A stretch of DNA of 64,000 bases. Source: Lingula anatina. Its lineage: Eukaryota; Animalia; Brachiopoda. The notes beneath the pieces were generated by a model. It had not been told where the DNA came from. It did not search any database and saw only the letters and a program-made list of their open reading frames with translations. The translations under genes were made by a program, and so were the position numbers. The stretch covers positions 55,716,788 through 55,780,787 of the forward strand of contig CM120640.1 of the NCBI GenBank assembly GCA_051362555.1. The letters run 5' to 3'. This document shows, piece after piece, positions 1 to 9,242 of this stretch (its first letter is position 1; each line of letters begins with the position of its first letter).

Positions 1-461
1 CTAACAGTGTTTAGAAAAGATTGAATAGACTCTACAGAAGCACACTGTCCAGTACATGTATACCCCTGTATATGTGAGTCTGTCATGACAAGCCAGGTAC
101 AATTACCTTGCATACCCAAAACAAACTTTCATATGCCAAAAGTAGTTTTGTCAAAAAGCAGTACTCTCTATATAAGCATAAATGATTTATTTTTATAAGT
201 GCTAAATGCAGATGTATTTTAGCTATTTTTGCTCACAAAATTTGCCTCTGACACCACATGTGACTGTGTACTGTTGGCTGCCGAAGGTGGATTATGATAA
301 AACTTATGTTAATATATTAAAAATTATGTTTTCAAGCTTATTTTGATAACTTAAACACACCTCTGGTCTTTCATGTCTGATTTGATTGCAGGGCTAAATT
401 TCATGTTTGTATCCCTAATGTTTTACGTTTCAAGAAGTGTACTAAAAGAGTCTGCTTCCTT

Positions 462-492
<31 letters not shown>

Positions 493-687
493 GGGAGGGG
501 CGGATAACTTCACAAACATACTTAGAAAAAAGTCAGTTTCAATTATATGAAAATTAAATACCCAATGTAAATGCTATCCTGCCACATACTTTCATAAAGA
601 TTTTTATTTAAAGTTAAACTTTCAACTTTCCTTCTCAACAAGCTAAATAAAACTTTCGAAAGATAGGTACCAGGCTGTCAGGTTTGA

Positions 688-989
688 TGTAACCGAGGCA
701 CGACAAAAAATGTATTGTCCTTTTAGAAAAATCTTTATTCGTACTATCTACACAGCCGATCACTGGTGTATCTCACTTTGAATTACGCGCCAACCGCTTT
801 TATAGTCCAGGGTCACATGACCCACGTGACATAAAAAGGGCGCTAACACCAGTATGCATATTCATATCACATATTTATATACAAGAGCTATTTATAATAA
901 GGCACTTATATCAATGTACGCTACAATATACTATTACATATATATATATTTATACCTGTGAATACATGAAATACATGTACCCTATTACA
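688..989 (-). repeat. 3' LTR (302 bp)
   Basis: Identical by eye to 8941-9242. AATAAA on the minus strand at 734-739. Confidence 0.97.
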
Positions 990-1000
990 TGTGCCCCCCC
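990..1000 (-). other. Polypurine tract
   Basis: Minus strand GGGGGGG-CACA lies immediately before the TG of the 3' LTR. Confidence 0.7.
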
Positions 1001-1100
1001 AAAATTAAATGGCGTCCCGCCATTGATTATACTGTAAAATAACTGTGGATGAGAAAATTACAAAAAAAAATAATATTACAATTATAGTAAATTAAAACAC

Positions 1101-1340
1101 ATTACCCCCATCGTATGTGAGCACTCCAAGTTCACACAGTACAAACACACAAGCAAACGCAACCTTTCTCACAAGGAAACGCAATACTATTACTTGGGTT
1201 TATGGAGGAAAATGATTAAAATTACTCCCATCTTATGTGAGTACGCCGAGTTCACACAGTACAAACACACAAGTAAACGCAACCTTTCTCACAAGGAAAA
1301 GCAATAATATTACTTGGATTTAGGGAGGAAAATAATTAAA
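1101..1340. repeat. Tandem duplication, 2 x 120 bp, in the retrotransposon 3' UTR
   Basis: attaccccca...aatgattaaa is repeated at +120 with scattered substitutions. Confidence 0.9.
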
Positions 1341-1415
1341 AACAGTGCAATTGCTGTAGCATTTTTATTTTCATCAATTAACATAAATCATAAAATACAA
1401 GTTATAATTTAAATT

Positions 1416-4400
1416 TCAACTTTCCTTCAATAATTCCACCATCTGTTTGAACATATTTTCACTAGATTGAATGAATGTACGGTAAATGTCAAGTAACCTA
1501 GACGCAGATGTGGACCGTCTTTCTGGTACAATCTGTGAAAACACATAATTCCCCTCTTCCATCCACTGCGGACGTCGTCTAGTGCGTGTGGACCGCCTAG
1601 GCTGGACTGGTGTATCATTTTCCTGCACATCTTCACCTTCGCTTTCCACTTGCGATTCTTGCTCACTGTCGTCCTCTCGATCCTCCTCCTCTACGCTAAC
1701 CCTTTCATTACTACCGTCTTCATCAGGGATCATTTGTTCAGACCCATATCGTACAACATAATGTACCCCAGAAGAATCATCAGAGTCCTCTGTTATCTCT
1801 GAAAATTCATTCTCGTGTCTGGGTCTACAGGTACTTACCTTAGTGATCTTCTCTTCCCGCAAATCCATGGGGAAAATCAAAGGTAAAAGCAAATTCCTAT
1901 GAACATTTTTTATGTCCCCTTTTCCATTTTCTTGTCTGATCATATACACTGGTATATTAGAGTCATTCTGGCCAACAATCACATATACCTCTTTTCTCCA
2001 TTTGTTAGCCAATTTGTGTTTCCCTTTTAATCCTACATTTTTTAACAAAACTCGATCCCCTACCTCGGGTACTACCCCTCTACACCGATTGTCATACCTT
2101 TGCTTGTTTTTAGACCTTTTCCCTTTTGCTCTCTCATTAGCAATGCTGTATGCTGTTTCCAATCTCTCTTTCAACATACTTATATACCTTTCATAGTCCT
2201 TGTGCTCATCCTTCGTGTACAGACCAAAAATTACGTCTACTGCAAGCCGGGGGGCCCTCCCGAACATTAAGTAGAACGGACTAAAGCCTGTGGACTCGTG
2301 CACCGTGCAGTTGTAAGAGTGAACTAATGAAGGTACATACCTTTTCCAGTCAAGTTTTTGGTCATCATGGAGTGTACGCATCATACCTATTAAAGTTCTG
2401 TTAAAACGTTCCGTAACTCCGTTTCCCATGGGGTGATAGGGGGTCGTTCTGGATTTTTCTATTCCCAGTAATTTACACAACTCTTTGATTACCTTTGATT
2501 CGAAGTTGCGCCCCTGATCGCTGTGCAATCTTAAAGGAAATCCATAGGGAATCATGAAATTGTCAAATAAGACTCTAGCAGTTGTTAAGGCTGACTGATT
2601 TTTTGTAGGTATAGCCCATGCATATTTTGTGAAAACATCTGTGAGCACAAGTATGTTACTTACCCTACCTTTGGACTCTTCCAAACTAAGGAAATCCATA
2701 CACACAATTTCCATGGGTTGAGATGCAACTAAATGCCCCATTGTTGCGCTCTCGGATAAGTGTGGACTTTTTCCCAATTTACATGGTCTACACATTTTTA
2801 ATTTCTCGCTAACAAAGTGATCCATTCCTGGCCAGAAGAACCGTTGTTTTACAATTGACAGTGTACGATCCCTACCTTGATGTCCCATTTCATCATGAGT
2901 TAAAGTAAAAACTTTCTCTCTCCATGCACTAGGCACCACTAACCTCTTTCTGTCCGCATGATCGACATGATACAATACACCATCCACCACTTTCAGCTTC
3001 TTCCATGATCTCTTAAAAGGTTTCATATTGTCGGTTCGTGGTAGGTTTCTGAAATTGTCTGAATTTAATTTAACTTCTCTCACCTTTTGAATCACTGGAT
3101 CCTGACTTTGCTCTTCCTGCCAATCAACTTTCAAATCTTCCCACTCTGCTACTTGGGGGAAACACTTAGGATGAAAAGGAAGATTTTCAGAATAACCAAC
3201 ATCCAAACCTACACTGTGATCATTACTACACATGTCTTTCACAATCTGTGAAGAACAATGACACTTTCTAGTAGGTAATCGTGACAGGGCATCCGCGTCA
3301 ATATTGGACTTACCTGACAGATAGCTTAACTCAAAATCATACGCGGCTAAACTTGCCAACCACCGATGACCTGCAGCGTCTAACTTAGCTGTAGTAAGAA
3401 TGTATGTTAGTGGATTATTGTCTGTAATAACCACAAATTTGTGCCCATACAAATAATCGTGAAATTTTTGAGTTACCGCCCACTTCAGCGCAAGAAATTC
3501 CAATTTGTTTGAGCAATAATTTTGCTCATTGCGATTTAATGCCCGACTAGCGTAAGCTACCACACGTGTGTTACCATCTTGCTTTTGACATAACACTGCC
3601 CCTAACCCACTAGAACTCGCATCAATGTGCAATTCAAAGGGGAGTGTATAATCAGGATAGCATAAAATGGGAGGATTAGTAAGTTTTTCTACAAGCGTTT
3701 CGAATGCTTTCTGGTGCTCCTCCTTCCATACCCAATGGGCGGCTCCCTTCTTTCGTTGTTCTTCTTTGGTCAGCTCGTAGAGAGGTTTTGCTATTTTCGC
3801 GAAGTCTTTCACAAATCTGCGGTAAAACCCAGCAAAACCTAAAAACCTTTGTGTCTCTTTAATGTTAGTAGGAGTTTTCCAGTGTCTCAAACAATTTATG
3901 TTTTCTGAATCACATTCAATGCCTGCACTTGAAACAACGTGCCCTAAATACTTTATTCTCTGTTGTAAAAATTGACACTTTGAAGGCTTAAGCTTCAACC
4001 CTGCTTTTTTTAATCGACACAATACTTCTCTGACTCGAGCAACGTGTTCGCTAATGGATTCTCCTGAAAAAATGATAATATCATCAAGATAAATCATACA
4101 GGTTTTTAAATTCAAATCACCAATCACACTTTCCATCAAATGCTGAAACGTTGCAGGACTATTGGTCAATCCCATCGCCATCCTGTTACACTCATAAAAT
4201 CCAAGCGGTCCTACTGTGAATGCCGTCTTTGCTTTGTCTTCTTCTTTCAACTCGACTTGCCAATAGCCACTACACAAATCTAACGATGAAAACCAAACCG
4301 CCCCTTTTAGAGCATCTAGCGTCTCTTCAATCCGCGGTAATGGGTGAGCGTTTCGTACCGTGCGGTTGTTTAATTTTCTATAATCGATACAGAACCTTAA

Positions 4401-5570
4401 AGAACCGTCTTTCTTCCTGACCAGAACTACGTTCGATGCCCATGGACTAGTAGATTCTCGTATCACACCAGCAGTCTTCATCTCATCCAAGTACTCTCTC
4501 ACTTCTTCATACAGTGCAGGAGGAATACGTCTCGACCGGTCTTTAAACGGAACGCTATCTGTTAATTCAATTCCATGTTTAACAACCGACGTTTTCCCAA
4601 TATCCAACTTGTGTTGAGCAAACACCGATTTCTGCTCCAAAAGCAAATCTTTGATCAGGGAAATTCCTTCCCCGGATGCCGGTAAATTAAACTGGTTTAT
4701 AAAACTTTCATCATCGAGTTCACTTGACGGATTCATCATGGTAACCTGAGAAATCCGGGCTACTGTGGTCCCAGGCTGCAATACCACCGATTTTGACTGA
4801 TGGTTAGTAATCTCAATTTCAAAATTCCCATTACTTAAATCAATCACCCCTGGAGTCACGCGCAACCCGTCTTCGTGATGCACACCACACTCTGCCACTC
4901 CACAATCTTGAACCATTGCAATTGTTCGTGGAATTGGGATAACTATCTGTGACACACAACAAACAAATTTTGATTGGTTTGGACCAACTTCGATTTTCTC
5001 TTTATTTCTCAATAATCCATACACCCCTTGGGATTTTTCCAAATGTCTTTTTCTCAATTTCACAGTTTGTAACGCTAAACTGACTGATTTACAAATTTTA
5101 TCATTTGGTATTCTACCCTGATATTTATTTTCCAGTTGTTTGTACAACCTATCGAGAACATTTGTTCCTATCAACATGGGAATTTGTTGGTTATATTCGG
5201 TATCAGGGGCCACCAGCACAGGGAATACACCTACCACGTGTGCTGTCCCATCCACTGGAATAGCTATCTCCAATTCTACATAACACGAGTAGGGCAGGTT
5301 TTCATCTTGGGGTCCCTTCACTAAAAGAAGTTGATCAACAGAATACCTAGGTAAATCAGGAAACTGCTGCTGAATAAAAGAATCACTTACACAAGTAACC
5401 ATTGATCCAGAATCAACCAAAGCATATGTACAAATATTATTTACAATTGAAACGGACTCATTTGAGCTTCCCACTAAATTTTGTAATAACTTTTGAAATG
5501 AATCATCTGTTTGAATTGTATTCTTGGGATCCTCTTTCTTACTGGTCTCCAGTGATCCCTCCCTGGACAC
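1416..5570 (-). CDS. pol: Pol polyprotein (protease, RT, RNase H, integrase), probably expressed as Gag-Pol by -1 frameshift
   Basis: Uninterrupted 1384-codon ORF. Protease ALVDSGS (DSG at 5406-5414), RT YLDD (4080-4091), RNase H DASSSGLGAVL, integrase H-x4-H...CRPC with MDF/HSDQG/E triad. The annotated start is a GTG in the -1 frame relative to gag. Confidence 0.97.
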   Translation of the reverse strand: MSREGSLETSKKEDPKNTIQTDDSFQKLLQNLVGSSNESVSIVNNICTYALVDSGSMVTCVSDSFIQQQFPDLPRYSVDQLLLVKGPQDENLPYSCYVELEIAIPVDGTAHVVGVFPVLVAPDTEYNQQIPMLIGTNVLDRLYKQLENKYQGRIPNDKICKSVSLALQTVKLRKRHLEKSQGVYGLLRNKEKIEVGPNQSKFVCCVSQIVIPIPRTIAMVQDCGVAECGVHHEDGLRVTPGVIDLSNGNFEIEITNHQSKSVVLQPGTTVARISQVTMMNPSSELDDESFINQFNLPASGEGISLIKDLLLEQKSVFAQHKLDIGKTSVVKHGIELTDSVPFKDRSRRIPPALYEEVREYLDEMKTAGVIRESTSPWASNVVLVRKKDGSLRFCIDYRKLNNRTVRNAHPLPRIEETLDALKGAVWFSSLDLCSGYWQVELKEEDKAKTAFTVGPLGFYECNRMAMGLTNSPATFQHLMESVIGDLNLKTCMIYLDDIIIFSGESISEHVARVREVLCRLKKAGLKLKPSKCQFLQQRIKYLGHVVSSAGIECDSENINCLRHWKTPTNIKETQRFLGFAGFYRRFVKDFAKIAKPLYELTKEEQRKKGAAHWVWKEEHQKAFETLVEKLTNPPILCYPDYTLPFELHIDASSSGLGAVLCQKQDGNTRVVAYASRALNRNEQNYCSNKLEFLALKWAVTQKFHDYLYGHKFVVITDNNPLTYILTTAKLDAAGHRWLASLAAYDFELSYLSGKSNIDADALSRLPTRKCHCSSQIVKDMCSNDHSVGLDVGYSENLPFHPKCFPQVAEWEDLKVDWQEEQSQDPVIQKVREVKLNSDNFRNLPRTDNMKPFKRSWKKLKVVDGVLYHVDHADRKRLVVPSAWREKVFTLTHDEMGHQGRDRTLSIVKQRFFWPGMDHFVSEKLKMCRPCKLGKSPHLSESATMGHLVASQPMEIVCMDFLSLEESKGRVSNILVLTDVFTKYAWAIPTKNQSALTTARVLFDNFMIPYGFPLRLHSDQGRNFESKVIKELCKLLGIEKSRTTPYHPMGNGVTERFNRTLIGMMRTLHDDQKLDWKRYVPSLVHSYNCTVHESTGFSPFYLMFGRAPRLAVDVIFGLYTKDEHKDYERYISMLKERLETAYSIANERAKGKRSKNKQRYDNRCRGVVPEVGDRVLLKNVGLKGKHKLANKWRKEVYVIVGQNDSNIPVYMIRQENGKGDIKNVHRNLLLPLIFPMDLREEKITKVSTCRPRHENEFSEITEDSDDSSGVHYVVRYGSEQMIPDEDGSNERVSVEEEDREDDSEQESQVESEGEDVQENDTPVQPRRSTRTRRRPQWMEEGNYVFSQIVPERRSTSASRLLDIYRTFIQSSENMFKQMVELLKES

Positions 5571-5585
5571 CTTTACCTGTTTAAA
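5526..5585 (-). other. Programmed -1 ribosomal frameshift signal (U_UUA_AAC + 7-nt spacer + H-type pseudoknot)
   Basis: Gag codons ACT TTA AAC give an X_XXY_YYZ heptamer at 5585-5579, and the -1 frame runs open into pol. Stem 1 GGUGUCCAG/CUGGAGACC; stem 2 GGGAUC/GAUCCC. Confidence 0.8.
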
Positions 5586-6568
5586 GTCTTCTGAAGGAGT
5601 TTCTTCTGAACTAACTCTGCATTCGCTGTTTTCTCACATCCATTTGCTACATGGCCATCCTCCCCACATTTAAAACAAAAAATACTCTTTTTACCACGTC
5701 GCTCCTTTCTCTCTACCTTAGTCTTTACCTCAGGCCGCGACGCTGTGGAAGGTGCACACACTTGACCTTTAGCCTCTAACTTGGCCACTCTGGCTTGTAA
5801 CTCCTCCATCATCTTGACATTAGCTGCCTCAGATTCCTTTGAAACCGTCATGGAGTGGACTCTGGCTTCTTTCTTCTTTTCCAAACGTAACCTCTTCTCC
5901 GTTCGTCTGGCTTCTTCTCTTCTCACTAATAAAAGTAACTCGGCAAAACTAGGAGGATCTGTTAATTTTTCTAAATCAAGTTTATTTATTAACTCCTCAT
6001 CAAAACTCCCACGAATAAATTGTCGTAAAAGATGCTCTGGGACTTCTCTAACTTCAATTCCACCCCTTTCTACAACCTGCATCACCTGTAAGTACAACCT
6101 CTGTAAATATTGTGATGGTGTTTCTTTTTCCTTTTGGTAATTAATAAAAAACTGCACTAAGAGTTCTTTACCATCGATTACTATCCCGTATACATTCTTT
6201 AAAATATCAACAACCTGTGTTGCAGTGGTAGCTTCTCTGACAGTGTCCAGAGCCGGCCTTAAAAGACTTTGCTTAAGTATTCTACAATTTTCAGTATCTG
6301 ACCCTTCGTCCAATATAGATTCTAATTGCATTATCCACGTTTCAAAATCAACTTCTCCATGTGGAGTTGGACTTCTTCCCGAAAATAGCCGTAATTTACG
6401 CGAATACCCACCCACATGTGGAGCAGCGCGAGGTGGTTGAGAAACACTGTCGCGCTCATGGGAAGCATTAGATCTACTGCTTTCGGACTCGGGACTGAGT
6501 AACTGCAACACCGCAGCTTTGTCTTCTGGGCTTAGAGCCTGTAATTGCTCTCTTAAATGGGTATCCAT
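5573..6568 (-). CDS. gag: Gag, PNMA/Ma-like capsid with CCHC zinc knuckle (331 aa)
   Basis: ATG start. LRLFSG...DFETW motif typical of PNMA-like Gypsy Gags. CFKCGEDGHVANGC fits Cx2Cx4Hx4C. Confidence 0.93.
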   Translation of the reverse strand: MDTHLREQLQALSPEDKAAVLQLLSPESESSRSNASHERDSVSQPPRAAPHVGGYSRKLRLFSGRSPTPHGEVDFETWIMQLESILDEGSDTENCRILKQSLLRPALDTVREATTATQVVDILKNVYGIVIDGKELLVQFFINYQKEKETPSQYLQRLYLQVMQVVERGGIEVREVPEHLLRQFIRGSFDEELINKLDLEKLTDPPSFAELLLLVRREEARRTEKRLRLEKKKEARVHSMTVSKESEAANVKMMEELQARVAKLEAKGQVCAPSTASRPEVKTKVERKERRGKKSIFCFKCGEDGHVANGCEKTANAELVQKKLLQKTLNR

Positions 6569-6584
6569 GTTGAGATATCACCAA

Positions 6585-6809
6585 TCAATGCAATCACACC
6601 ACTCGCATTCACAAGTGCTCACCAAAAATCATGGGAAAATGCTCACAAAATAAAACAAAACAGTCAATGCAATTACACCACTCGCATTCACAAGTGCTCA
6701 CCAAAAATCATGGGAAAATGCTCACAAAATAAAACAAAACAGTCAATTCAATTACACCACTCGCATTCACAAGTGCTCACCAAAAAATCATGGGAAAATG
6801 CTCACAAAA
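6585..6809. repeat. Tandem repeat, ~3 x 79 bp, immediately upstream of gag
   Basis: Near-identical units start at 6585, 6664 and 6743 (cacc actcgcattc acaagtgctc acc...). Confidence 0.92.
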
Positions 6810-8299
6810 AAAAAAAAATAATAATAATAATTGATAAATAATTAAAAAAAATTAATACTCAATTAATTGAATAATTGACCTTGATTGATTAATTTAATAA
6901 TCTACATCAATCAATTACTTCTAAAATCTAATTCACTACTGATTGAACTGCAATTAATATAGCCTTAAAGTAAGCTCAATTAATGAACAAAAATCTAACT
7001 TATTCAATTTAAAATTAATTATGCTTATCAAGAAACTATTTAATCAATCAATAATGATAACCCAATTTGAAGGAAGTTCCACAAAGGTAATGATTTAGTA
7101 ACACTAGGTAAAACACAAGGAGGCTGGGGTCAAAAATGGGGTCAATGAAAAATTAAATGATCAAAATTTAAATAATAAGAAATTAGCACAAATGATCAAA
7201 TTAAACAGATAATTAATGGGAAACAAACTTAAACTACTCAAATAGGGAATGCACAAACGAGCGTGAAAAGCTGTATTACCTCTATTAAAAAATAAAGGAC
7301 CTCTCTCAAACCAAACCCTAATCAAGTTAGTATCAAATTAATTAAATAGAAGAAAGAAAAATATTATGATGGTAGTGGCTTATTGAACCAAAATATCGGG
7401 TATCAACTAAAACAAATCAAAAATTAACTTAATAATCCAAACTATGAGTGATTAACCAAAATGAAAAGAACTAAAAATCTACCTCTATTAAGATAACAAA
7501 ACAAAAAAATGTAACCAATGTAATAAAAATGTCAAATGAAATCAATGAAAATGAAAATAAAATGCAACCGAACCAGTACTAAATGATAGATGCAGTTTAA
7601 ACACAAAATAATTCACATCATTATAAGTAGGATGGTTGCTGTTAGGCTTGATTTAGTAATGCAAATAATTACAATCACTATATCCAAGTGTTATTCGGCC
7701 ACTAATGCATTGTTATCACAATGACGTGTCACTGAAACACTACAACAAACAATGGACACCACTTCACAGGAATACTAACTGCACAATCACAATTATACAG
7801 GTAGAGCGGAAGCTTTGCACAAATTACACCCAATATTATGGTAGTGGTTAAACACACAAACAATCAATTATTGGGTGAGCAACTGTTACACACAGAAGCA
7901 CAAATAAGGGCCAAGTCAATATAACATGAGACGGCACACACAAACACAATCACTAGACAGGAGGTAATACAATGAGCGAAACATATAAAGCAACACAATA
8001 CATGGGGATAAAAAATGTGTATACTTATCACTTTCTGCTCGACCTCCTTTAATTCCGCCGTCCACTGCAATTAACTAATGCCTGTACACATCCAGAAATG
8101 AAAGAATTAAATGCGTAGAGTCCGATTTCAAAATAATATAGTGAACACAGTTACAATTGTCACTGTCCGTTTAGATCATGAAAGTCCTTGAATTCTGATT
8201 GACCACTGTCTCCGAATGAATACAAGGCCTCCGCTGTGGTGGATCTCATCACACGCAATAATGGACCGGTGAATTACGAAGATGTACTCGCACATCAGT

Positions 8300-8550
8300 A
8301 ACACCAGGGGATCGCATCGGTAACACAAGGGGATCGCATCGGGAATCACCAGGGGATCGCATCGGAGAATCACATCTGGAATCACCAGGGAGTCACAACG
8401 GAGAATCGCACCTCGGAATCATCAGGGGATAACCCCGGGAAGTTGCACCTTGGAATCATCAGAGAATACTTCAGGAAAGTTTTACCTCAGAATCACCATG
8501 GATTACCTCACCAGAAAGTAATACCGGTAAATCGTATCTGAATCACCAAT
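8300..8550. repeat. Degenerating short repeat array in the retrotransposon 5' leader
   Basis: CAC(C/A)AGGGGATCGCATCGG occurs three times, followed by decayed GAATCAC/GAATCAT units. Confidence 0.75.
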
Positions 8551-8917
8551 CTGTCGGAGATCAGTCTGTAAGTCAGTTTTCATTGTAGCTCCACACTATG
8601 GAGAAGCGGAGAAGGATATCGATGAACCTCCTCTCAGAACCACCTTTACTATTATAAGTCCGCAAAGTGGATATAATGGAGCTCAATTTCCGATACACCA
8701 AGATGTGATAATCTTAGATCGGCGAATAGTTAATTTAATGCTCAGAATATAATCGTATTTCTGACTTTGTCATAAGAAAGTCACGAGCTCACCTGTACAA
8801 CTTTGTGCTTGATCGGAGCTCACAGCTTCATCAGAAAAGTGTATCCGATCTCAATGAAAGAAAAAACGATCCACATTTTAGTCCAGGAAAGTCACATTTG
8901 ACTGCTGAGCATTTGGT

Positions 8918-8936
8918 AATCCTGTCGACTGCGCCA
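8918..8936 (-). other. Primer binding site, tRNA-Ser type
   Basis: Minus strand TGGCGCAGTCGACAGGATT lies 4 nt inside the 5' LTR. The plus strand AATCCTGTCGACTGCGCCA resembles the 3' end (with CCA) of animal tRNA-Ser(AGA/CGA), recalled from knowledge and not searched. Confidence 0.8.
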
Positions 8937-8940
8937 TTTT

Positions 8941-9242
8941 TGTAACCGAGGCACGACAAAAAATGTATTGTCCTTTTAGAAAAATCTTTATTCGTACTAT
9001 CTACACAGCCGATCACTGGTGTATCTCACTTTGAATTACGCGCCAACCGCTTTTATAGTCCAGGGTCACATGACCCACGTGACATAAAAAGGGCGCTAAC
9101 ACCAGTATGCATATTCATATCACATATTTATATACAAGAGCTATTTATAATAAGGCACTTATATCAATGTACGCTACAATATACTATTACATATATATAT
9201 ATTTATACCTGTGAATACATGAAATACATGTACCCTATTACA
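8941..9242 (-). repeat. 5' LTR (302 bp)
   Basis: Identical by eye to 688-989. TATAAAA on the minus strand at 9051-9057. Followed on the minus strand by the PBS. Confidence 0.97.
9051..9083 (-). promoter_or_regulatory. LTR U3 promoter: tandem E-boxes plus TATA box
   Basis: Minus strand GTCACGTGG-GTCATGTGACC, then TATAAAA 6 nt later. The same motif is at 798-830 in the other LTR. Confidence 0.6.

Larger units (their letters stand above)
688..9242 (-). mobile_element. Full-length Ty3/Gypsy LTR retrotransposon (8555 bp)
   Basis: Direct 302-bp LTRs with TGTAA...TTACA ends. 4-bp TSD TTGA at 684-687 and 9243-9246. PBS and PPT present. gag then pol with domain order PR-RT-RH-IN (Gypsy order). Confidence 0.98.

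Noticed and set aside
1912-6440. Plus-strand ORFs overlapping gag/pol
   Set aside because: Antisense shadows of coding sequence with no recognisable motifs.
6585-6809. CRISPR-like appearance of the leader repeats (also 8300-8550)
   Set aside because: The units are contiguous with no unique spacers, there are no cas genes, and the context is eukaryotic.
8176-8385. 69-aa repetitive ORF in the leader
   Set aside because: Non-ATG start; the peptide periodicity only reflects the DNA repeat.
8809-8851. CTGATGA inside a GATCGGA/TCCGATC hairpin on the minus strand (possible hammerhead)
   Set aside because: No GAAA after the inner stem, so the catalytic core is incomplete.
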